This document shows positions 25,401-32,196 of a stretch of DNA of 51,580 nt, piece by piece. The position numbers and the translations under genes are program-made. This DNA comes from Bacillota bacterium (GTDB taxonomy: Bacteria; Bacillota; Clostridia; Peptostreptococcales; Anaerovoracaceae). Where the stretch lies: the NCBI GenBank assembly GCA_017428655.1, contig JAFRQL010000105.1, forward strand, positions 1-51,580. Reading direction: 5' to 3'. Below the pieces are notes generated by a model. That model did not search any database and was not told the origin of the DNA. It saw nothing but the letters and a program-made list of their open reading frames with translations. Numbering within the stretch: position 1 is the stretch's first letter; each line of letters opens with the position of its first letter.

Positions 25401-27898
25401 TTCAGCTTGTCGTAGATGTCGCTGTTGCCGTCCTGGTTGTCCGGGATGACCATGATGGAGACCAGGTCTCCGTAGTCCTGGCTGGCAGGGATGCGGAACT
25501 GGCATTCGTCGCCGGTCCTGAAGGCGTCGCCCTGGATCTGCTGGTTGGCAAGGGTGCAGCCGCTCTTTCCGTGCTCAAAGATGAGCTGGAAGTAGAACAG
25601 GTTCTTGCTGCCTGCGTCGTCGTCCTCGTGGGAAGGATTGACCAGATCGCCCTTGACCTTGACGGTGACCAGGTAGCTCCCGCGCTCCTTGGTGAAGCCG
25701 AAGTCCTGCTTGGTCTGCTCATAGGTCATGCTGCGGCGCACGCTGTCCCAGTCGATCTCGTCCTTCTTGCTGACCTCGCTGCCTTGACCGTTGAACTCGA
25801 CGGTGGTGCCGTCGTCCTGGATCAGGGTGCCGGGCACCCAGTCTTCGCCGGGCACGGGCACGGTCTCGGTGGGAGCGTAGGTGGTTCCGATGGAGAAGCA
25901 GACGTCCTTGGTGGTCACCGCTCTTGAGTAGCGGACGTGGGAGAGATACTTGGGCTGGCTGGTATTGGGGACCAGCTCGGTGCTGCTGATCTCCTCCCAC
26001 TGGGCGACCCTGCTGTCTACATAGCTTGCCCTCTCCTCCGAGGGCTTGACCATGGCGATGGAGACTCCGGAGAACTGCCATTCGTCGCCGCCCTCCAGCT
26101 TGAAGCCCACTCCGGTGAACTGCTTCACGCCCTGCAGAGGCACGATGAACTGGACGGTACCGCCCTGGCGCAGACCGTATTTATACGCGAAATCGTCCAC
26201 GTTCCCCGGCCATTCGCCGTAGAACATCCTGACGTATTCCCTCACATCGTACGCGGGGCTCACGATCTCCTTGTCCTTGATGCTGATGTAGCTGAACTGG
26301 ATCTTGAGATCCGATTCGGTGCCCGCGTTGCCCACGTTGTCGGTGGAGATGGTCACCAGGTAGCGCTCGAGCCTGTCCACGGGCTTGAGGACCAGGTATT
26401 CGCTGTAGGGCTGCAGGGAGAAGTATTTATACGAGTTGCTCCCGGGAGCCGCGTCGATGCTGATGCCCTCGATGCTGGTCGCGGTGCTGTATTTGACGGG
26501 GTTGTTGTCTCCGGCGACATAGCTGGTGCGGACGGTGGCTCCGTCAAGGCCGGCGCTGGCGGTCGCCGCGTCGTAGACCGCGATGCAGGTGTAGCTGATG
26601 GAGTCGGACTCGCTCAGGACCTTTCTGGCTTCCCTTTCGGTCTCGGCAGCGGAAGACCTGGAGACCGGGACCTCGGCAAGGCCCGCTTCCGCGGCCGCCG
26701 AGGATTCGCCCAGGATGATCCCGATGCTGGTGATCTCCCTGTAATCGGGGAGCATGGCCGGAACTGCAAGGCTGTCGCCCTGCTGGGCAAAGCCGGCTAT
26801 GGCGATATCGCCCATCTCTTCCATGATGGGTCCCAGGGAATTGATGGCAAGAGGAAGGACGACGTCCCTGCTGGCGCCGAAGATGTCGACGTATCTTATC
26901 TGAAGGGCCGCCGTCTCGCAGAAGCCCAGATCGGAGACCTTGGACATGCTGCCCGCGGCGTATGATCCGGCTAATGACTCAAAGCCCGCCCCGCCGGTAT
27001 CCGCAAGGTCCAGCCTTATGACCACCTTTTTGGTGGTCTGGGTGCTGTGGGCCTGATCGATGTGGGTCGTCTGTCCGGTGGCAGCTTCGTAGGCCTGCCT
27101 GCTCGTCCTGTCGACGACGACCGCTCCGGCGAAGCCCCCCGCCCCGTAGGCCTTGAGGTTGTACATCCCTCCGCTGGTCTCCCAGTTGAAGATGCCCGCA
27201 CCTGCGCCCAGCTGAAGCTCCGCGAAGACGCTGCCTTCGAAATCGATATAGGGGAGATTGGAGAACCATCCGTACATATCAAGGCCGTAGACCGCGCTGA
27301 CTTCGTATATGCGCATGGCCTGACAGATCCACTGGCTGGAGGTCTTGGACCTCTTTCCGAAGATCTGGATGCCGGTGATGGAAGTTATCTCTTCGGGGGT
27401 TGTGAACAGGAACTGGTCGGTCTGGACCGATCCCAGGGCCTTGTAGCCTTCGGCGTCGCCGGCAGGGGCGTATCCGAAGCCGGAAGCGGCGATGGACTTT
27501 CTGCTGCTCCTGCTGCCGTACTGCTCAGCCTTGTCGATGCCGTCGGAGATGCCGTCGACGTTGGGCATGATTATGGCGGACCTGCTCACGGCGGTGGAGC
27601 CGGAGCCTGTGGTATAGCTTACGACGAAATAGAGCACGTTGTCCGCGATGGTACCCTTTGCCCTGGAGCCGCTGCTGACCTCAAGGATGTAGGTGTTGGT
27701 GGTCGGGGTCGGCGCCGCGGCCGCGGCGTCCTGAGTCTTGTTTACAGGAAACCAGTCTATGGCGAAGGCCTCAGCGGGGACCGCCGAAAGGAGCACGGCA
27801 AATACCAGCAGAAGGGAGGCAGTGCGCCTGATCCTGCCGGCTGCTGCGAGCCTTTTGAGGCATTCCTTTATTCCTTTTTTCTTACGACCATCCATCAT
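22487..27898 (-). CDS. Giant secreted protein, 1803 aa: Sec signal peptide, about 7-8 beta-sandwich modules with PLAT/LH2-like sequence logic, and an Ala12 plus Ser/Gly/Asp/Glu low-complexity tail
   Basis: SD AGGAG is 7 nt before the ATG at 27898. The signal peptide is RRTASLLLVFAVLLSAVPAEAFA. Recurrent modules look like VTISTDNVGNAGTESDLKIQFSY...GGTVQFIVPL...FTGVGFKLEGGDEWQFSGVSIAMV. No LPXTG and no TM anchor. Confidence 0.75.
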   Translation of the reverse strand: MMDGRKKKGIKECLKRLAAAGRIRRTASLLLVFAVLLSAVPAEAFAIDWFPVNKTQDAAAAAPTPTTNTYILEVSSGSRAKGTIADNVLYFVVSYTTGSGSTAVSRSAIIMPNVDGISDGIDKAEQYGSRSSRKSIAASGFGYAPAGDAEGYKALGSVQTDQFLFTTPEEITSITGIQIFGKRSKTSSQWICQAMRIYEVSAVYGLDMYGWFSNLPYIDFEGSVFAELQLGAGAGIFNWETSGGMYNLKAYGAGGFAGAVVVDRTSRQAYEAATGQTTHIDQAHSTQTTKKVVIRLDLADTGGAGFESLAGSYAAGSMSKVSDLGFCETAALQIRYVDIFGASRDVVLPLAINSLGPIMEEMGDIAIAGFAQQGDSLAVPAMLPDYREITSIGIILGESSAAAEAGLAEVPVSRSSAAETEREARKVLSESDSISYTCIAVYDAATASAGLDGATVRTSYVAGDNNPVKYSTATSIEGISIDAAPGSNSYKYFSLQPYSEYLVLKPVDRLERYLVTISTDNVGNAGTESDLKIQFSYISIKDKEIVSPAYDVREYVRMFYGEWPGNVDDFAYKYGLRQGGTVQFIVPLQGVKQFTGVGFKLEGGDEWQFSGVSIAMVKPSEERASYVDSRVAQWEEISSTELVPNTSQPKYLSHVRYSRAVTTKDVCFSIGTTYAPTETVPVPGEDWVPGTLIQDDGTTVEFNGQGSEVSKKDEIDWDSVRRSMTYEQTKQDFGFTKERGSYLVTVKVKGDLVNPSHEDDDAGSKNLFYFQLIFEHGKSGCTLANQQIQGDAFRTGDECQFRIPASQDYGDLVSIMVIPDNQDGNSDIYDKLKIEYITVEKETNDALSPTWTASSNDENGLGWVGIDYRDPGEYASYKGAAGHSASEIATVYQITESSYNAKFLISITTGNYGTHRVTDKNGKSILINDEVYSGGMSMSYHYFDTDGLFQFKKGIDVIELMNKYTGRTGSKSRTVEYDNAVVTENDLDYYVSDPNYQFRASTTDNFLITVKDIYQFADMQLQLRSNVVTNWPIQDINISLVNGTGRRFINANGEYDYGYPVGMEPTFITTWTRTETLTKDVQVYRTDQNNSIAEINIALKESPISISEQGKWTTVVPREPNSKDDTVNLFLYPQITDQTSDPENYTMTGAIRYTNVMTKLPMQNSTGPMRFTVDENDVPVFYALGVDTSNMEAINGVDVKAMSLTEDLHVPINYGMLQRVRGGVLIESYYLGGTANAGLGGTLSMDRVQEVGTQKLILQMSPDIKTQQLDPMNKDLAIALFFKGDDPSGQELRSRFIYLSDLGITQIAPCQLIEIDFDLGNVSDITGAFITAQGGLDAKIQNMYVEAQSFEGETLFTRSISGTVSPSERPARYPFSGNVGLLRLTLETAGDDSSIHSGTTDPIAMTVGYYDSYGVMRTYTIDNIRSYVSEGGGFAAGSVDEIGVLVPEMAELRYIELEPRNSEGYIASSWKLSRLTAVIGNGGRSITRVYDQLIVQGKPAHIGLADILLSGLVYSGSASIGVPSQAKTVASGENLSTLLDSGDVLRIDPTVHGSTSGITAQIENYDPQTGASSAASLGATHGYTDSYLSQLLSSAKLSRISGDSAAEREAAAQVEAIINELTKSAGSFRNDGNVNFTAPRNFTGRDLSYRITVRSQELEDILFTVDVKVYPEADQLTNAVTLWKNEQSANEAAAAAAAAAAAARAAEMSGSGSSGSSGSSGSSGSSESSGSSGSSEAPSQGASTEEGGSQSESGSQSASPSEGGDAPSDSGSSSDAGSSAGDTSDSSSAGGSEDAPAPDPVTE
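22490..22835 (-). repeat. Low-complexity coding tract: Ala12 run, (GSS)n-type tandem codon repeats and an S/G/D/E-rich tail
   Basis: The DNA shows reiterated GGAGGAGCC/GGAACTGCC/GGAGGATCC-type units and a GCN x12 run. The protein reads EAAAAAAAAAAAARAAEMSGSGSSGSSGSSGSSGSSESSGSSGSS... Confidence 0.8.
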
Positions 27899-27935
27899 TT
27901 CGATGCTCCTGTAAAAGCTTTGAGACCGGTCATTC

Positions 27936-30900
27936 TTACGCAGTCTCTCTCATCTTTCTGCGCCTGTCCTGCTGAGCCTTGGCCTCATCGGCAAGATCCT
28001 GCAGGCTTATGGTCATAGTCTCCTGACCGTTGCAGCGCATCCTCTCGAAGAGCGACATGTCTCTCAGGTGTGCGGCGAAGCTGCAGAACGAGCTCATGAA
28101 ATCGTCGTCCTCGTCTTCGTCGTCATCATAATCGTCGGTATCGAGGCCTGGTACGGGCTCGTCTTCGATGCTCTCGACGTCCACGGACTCATCCTCGTCA
28201 CCTTCTGCATCCCAGCCGTCGTCCTCGTCCCATTCATCCTCTTCTTCCTCGTCGTCTTCAGCGGAAGCGAACAGGGTCATCAGGTCGCCCTCTTCCTCTT
28301 CTTCGCTGTAGCCTTCGTCGTCGGGAAGAATGTAGCCTTCGGGCTCTTCCGAGGGCTCTTCTCCTGCGGCCTTCGGCTCTTCCTCCGCGGCCGCTTCTGC
28401 CGCGGCTTCAGCGCTTCTGGCCTTTTCCAGCTCCTCCTTCAGGCGGCGGATCTCTTCGTCCTTTTCCTTCTCAAGGCGGATGATCTCCTCATCCTTTTCC
28501 CTGAGCTGCGGGGCGGTCTCCTCTGCTGGAGCCTCTGCGGCCCGGGGCCGGATCTCTTCGGCGGCGCTCTTTTGAGCTGCCCTGGGAGCGGTGCCTTCAG
28601 CTGCGTCCGCCATCCTTCCGAGGGCGTCGGCTATCATGCTGAAGACCGCCATGGTCTGGTCACCGGAGGAAGCAAGACCCGCGAGGCCTGCTCCCGCGGC
28701 GTCTGCCCTGGCCACGGCCTGCTCCGCCTTTGCTCTCTTATCCAGTGCGGAATCGAATTCCTCTATATCGTCCAGGCTCAGGTCGTCGTCATCGTCGATG
28801 TGGAAGGTGACTCCGCCTGCCGCTGCCTTGGACGCCTCTTCGTATTCATCCTCTTCGAACTCGGTGAAGGACACGCCCTTGCCCGAAGCCGCGGGCCTTG
28901 CGCCCTCTTCAGATCCTTCGATGAGCCTGGGCTGCTTCTGCCTTGCGTTCTCTTCATGGAGGGCCCTGCTCACGCCGACGAAGGCCTCCCAGTTCTCGTC
29001 CCCTCCGACGCCGGAGAAGTACCTGCTCTGGTAGTCCCTGCTTTCGAACATGTCCGAGATACCGGGCGCGGTCTCGATCTGGAAGGACGACCTGCTGGTG
29101 GGGCTCATGACGACGAAGGCCTGGCCTCTGGGCGCCTGGACTATCTCTTCCTGCTCGGTCTCGTTGATGCCTCCGGCCTTTTCGTACAGAGTGACCAGGT
29201 CGGACATATCGTTGGGCGCCAGCGAGAAGATGAAGCTGTACTGGCAGGCGTTGATGATCGCGGTGGACTTTCTCGCCAGTTCCTCCGAGCCCACGAAGTC
29301 CTTGATGTTCTGGGTTATGACGATCTGCATTCCGTTGTACTTACGGATGCGCTTGGCCAGCTGGAACATGAAGTCCAGGGCTATGGGGAACTTGGCGTCG
29401 ATGAAGACGTGAGCTTCGTCGATGACCACGACGATCTTGCGGTTGGCGTGGTATTTGGTGTTGTAGTCCCTGTTCTTGATGATCTCGTTGTCTATGTACT
29501 TGAGCACCAGCAGCATCTGCGCGTTGGCGATGGTGTTGTTGCGGTTGGCCAGCATGGACTGGAAGTTGAACACGGTGAAGTTCTCGTCGGTGGTGACGGT
29601 GGAGGGACCGTTCCAGATGTTGGCGTTGCGGCCGCCGGTGGAGAACTTGGCGATGTAGTTCATCAGGGTGCGGAGCAGGTCCCTGGTGAAGGGGTTGTCG
29701 CTGCTCTGGAACTCCTGGAGGACCTCGTCGTAGAGGTCGTCGAAGATCGGATAATCTGCCGGGCCCAGCTTTGAAAGGTCGGTGTCCGCGGTGATGTCCT
29801 TGCTCATGTACATGTGGTCCACGAGGGTGTTGAGATACTCCATCGCGTCCTTCTCGCAGTCGGGCATGATCTGCTTGAAGAACTCCTCGAGGAACTGCAG
29901 GTGGGTGGCGTAGCTGCCGCTGGGGCCCTCTTCTCCCGCTTCATCGTCGTCGAGGGCAGTGATGATGTGGAAGGGGTTTAGCCTGCCGTACTGGGCGTTG
30001 CCCACGTTGATGATCTGGCCGTGGAGGTTGGCCGCCAGCTCGGAATACTCGTTCTCAGGGTCGAGGATGAAGATCTTGGCGTCCTCGGCGGCAAGGTTGG
30101 TCAGCAGGGACTTGGTCGCGTAGGATTTACCGGAACCGGACTTGCCCACGATGACCATGTTGCTGTTGACCCTCTCGCTGTCCCTTCTGAAGAAGTCGAT
30201 GAACACGGGGATGCCGTCGCTCTCGCCCAGCTTTATGCCTCCCTCATCGGAGACGTGGGCGAAGATCCAGGGGAAGCAGGCAGCTACGGTATTGCTGGAG
30301 ATGCCTCTGCCGTCCTTGGCCAGAGGATCCAGGGCGCTGATCTGGGAGCCGATGAAGGCCTGGACCTGGTCGAACTCCATGTTGTTGAGCCTGAATCCGC
30401 TCTCCTGCCACGCCCTTCTGATGTTCTTCTTCATCTCGTTGAAGTTGGGCAGCTGGCTCTCGGGGGGCTGGGGGATCTTGTAATTGTTCCTGGTGGAAAC
30501 TATGTCGTAGGCGGTGATGTAGATGTTGGTCTCGAGCAGGGACTCGCTGTCGTTCTGAAGGGTGGTCAGAAGGTCCTGCAGGGTCGAGATGTGGGTCTCG
30601 ATCTCCATGCGCCTGGAATCCACGCCGGTGGCGGACCACTGTCCCCTCAGCTCGGTGAGGGAGTGGTCGATGTTCCTGATGGCCTTGCCCCTGTCCATGG
30701 GCGTGCACTTTACGACCACCTTGGTGCCGGGCATGCTCATGACCGAGGCCAGCCAGGCGTCTCCCACCGTGGTCGGGTAGTTCACCACGCGGAAGTTGTG
30801 GGTGATTATATGATTGACCTCGACTCTTCTGGGCTTGATGTCCACGATGTTGGGCTGGGCCCAGATATGGTAGTCCTCGGGACGGATCTTCTCGATGTCC

Positions 30901-32117
30901 CTCTCGTCGAAATCGATCTGATTGGAGTACTTGAGGAAGATGGCCAGCTCCTTGTCGTCCAGCCTCTTCACGGTCATCTCGCCGTTCTTCAGCAGCTGCT
31001 CGGCCTCTCTGATCTGGTTCTCCAGCTGGCGTTTGTCGCTCTCAAAGAGCACCAGGTAATAGAAGCTGTCGGTGATCTTCCTGTTGGTGCAGTATCCGTT
31101 GACCTCGTTGATGCGGTCGTACTCCACCTCGACTCTGGCCTTGAGCTCGTCCTCTTCCAGGACGCCATTCTCGTAGCTCTGGCTGAGCATCTCCAGCTTC
31201 TCGTATTCCTTGTCCAGGTAGCGGTCGTACATGATGGGCCGCTCCAGCTTCACGATGTTGGCGCTGTAGCCGGGATGGATGGACCTGAGCACCCTGCCCA
31301 GGCAGTTCTCGATGGAGTTGTTCCTTCTGTGCTGGCTGAAGAAGCGGAATTCCACGGGATCGATCTGAAGGACCGCCCCGTAGTAAGATCTGTTCAGATA
31401 TTCGATATAGCCGTCCTTGATCCCGGTGAAGGGGATGATCTCCTCCATGTCGGCCCTGCTCTTCTCGGCGTCCTTCGCCTCGGCGAGTTTTTGCATGGAG
31501 ACGCGGCTCTCTTCTTTTCTTCTCTCGCGGATGGCTTCCTTTTCTTCTTCGGAAGCTTCTTTGCTCTTGAGGATCCGGTCCTCTTCCTTTCTGGCCTTTT
31601 CCCTGGCCTTGGCCTCCTGCCTGGCTTCCTTCTTTCCGGTCTTTTTGACCGCGCTGGCTACCGCCCTGTCGTCGTCGCTTCCGGCCTGCAGCCTCGCCTT
31701 TTCCTCGGCCCTGGCTTCGGCCTTCTGCTCTCTGCTGATCCTTCTTTTCTCCGCTCTGGTGAGCTCTCTCTTGCTGCCTTCTCCGAAGGCCTGGTCGAAG
31801 GCGGCCTCCTTTTCGCCCTTTTCCCTGACCTCTTCGAGCATCTGATCGTTTTTGACCCTCTCGAAGCGGCGCTTGTAACCGATGAACGTAAGGATGTGGA
31901 GTATGTATACGAAGTTGGGCTGCTCGTCCATCCTGAAGAGCAGGAGGGCCGTCAGCGCCGCTATCCCGATGAGGATCCCGCCCTTCCAGGGAAGATTCGA
32001 GACCAGCACGAAGATGACCATCGCCATGGCGATCCCCGCGACTATCACGTCGCCCAGGGTCACGCCCTTGAACAGCTCTATGCTTACTTTTGTTTTACCG
32101 GGTATAAGTCTCGGCAT
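27936..32117 (-). CDS. PrgI/VirB3-like membrane domain fused to a VirB4-family T4SS ATPase, with a charged coiled-coil insert and an acidic C-terminal extension of about 350 aa (1393 aa total)
   Basis: The N-terminal 2-TM segment (KVSIELFKGVTLGDVIVAGIAMAMVIF...ILIGIAALTALLLF) resembles PrgI/VirB3. The VirB4 core has IIPFTGIKDGYIEY...LQIDPVEF, Walker A MVIVGKSGSGKSYATK and Walker B KIVVVIDEAHVF. The tail is D/E-rich (DDEEEEDEWDEDDGWDAEGDEDE). Confidence 0.85.
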   Translation of the reverse strand: MPRLIPGKTKVSIELFKGVTLGDVIVAGIAMAMVIFVLVSNLPWKGGILIGIAALTALLLFRMDEQPNFVYILHILTFIGYKRRFERVKNDQMLEEVREKGEKEAAFDQAFGEGSKRELTRAEKRRISREQKAEARAEEKARLQAGSDDDRAVASAVKKTGKKEARQEAKAREKARKEEDRILKSKEASEEEKEAIRERRKEESRVSMQKLAEAKDAEKSRADMEEIIPFTGIKDGYIEYLNRSYYGAVLQIDPVEFRFFSQHRRNNSIENCLGRVLRSIHPGYSANIVKLERPIMYDRYLDKEYEKLEMLSQSYENGVLEEDELKARVEVEYDRINEVNGYCTNRKITDSFYYLVLFESDKRQLENQIREAEQLLKNGEMTVKRLDDKELAIFLKYSNQIDFDERDIEKIRPEDYHIWAQPNIVDIKPRRVEVNHIITHNFRVVNYPTTVGDAWLASVMSMPGTKVVVKCTPMDRGKAIRNIDHSLTELRGQWSATGVDSRRMEIETHISTLQDLLTTLQNDSESLLETNIYITAYDIVSTRNNYKIPQPPESQLPNFNEMKKNIRRAWQESGFRLNNMEFDQVQAFIGSQISALDPLAKDGRGISSNTVAACFPWIFAHVSDEGGIKLGESDGIPVFIDFFRRDSERVNSNMVIVGKSGSGKSYATKSLLTNLAAEDAKIFILDPENEYSELAANLHGQIINVGNAQYGRLNPFHIITALDDDEAGEEGPSGSYATHLQFLEEFFKQIMPDCEKDAMEYLNTLVDHMYMSKDITADTDLSKLGPADYPIFDDLYDEVLQEFQSSDNPFTRDLLRTLMNYIAKFSTGGRNANIWNGPSTVTTDENFTVFNFQSMLANRNNTIANAQMLLVLKYIDNEIIKNRDYNTKYHANRKIVVVIDEAHVFIDAKFPIALDFMFQLAKRIRKYNGMQIVITQNIKDFVGSEELARKSTAIINACQYSFIFSLAPNDMSDLVTLYEKAGGINETEQEEIVQAPRGQAFVVMSPTSRSSFQIETAPGISDMFESRDYQSRYFSGVGGDENWEAFVGVSRALHEENARQKQPRLIEGSEEGARPAASGKGVSFTEFEEDEYEEASKAAAGGVTFHIDDDDDLSLDDIEEFDSALDKRAKAEQAVARADAAGAGLAGLASSGDQTMAVFSMIADALGRMADAAEGTAPRAAQKSAAEEIRPRAAEAPAEETAPQLREKDEEIIRLEKEKDEEIRRLKEELEKARSAEAAAEAAAEEEPKAAGEEPSEEPEGYILPDDEGYSEEEEEGDLMTLFASAEDDEEEEDEWDEDDGWDAEGDEDESVDVESIEDEPVPGLDTDDYDDDEDEDDDFMSSFCSFAAHLRDMSLFERMRCNGQETMTISLQDLADEAKAQQDRRRKMRETA

Positions 32118-32196
32118 TTCTATTTCCTCTCATTCCCTGTAAAGCTGGTCTGATGATCGGGATCCGGCCTTGATCATGGGGCCGGGGACGGGCAGA

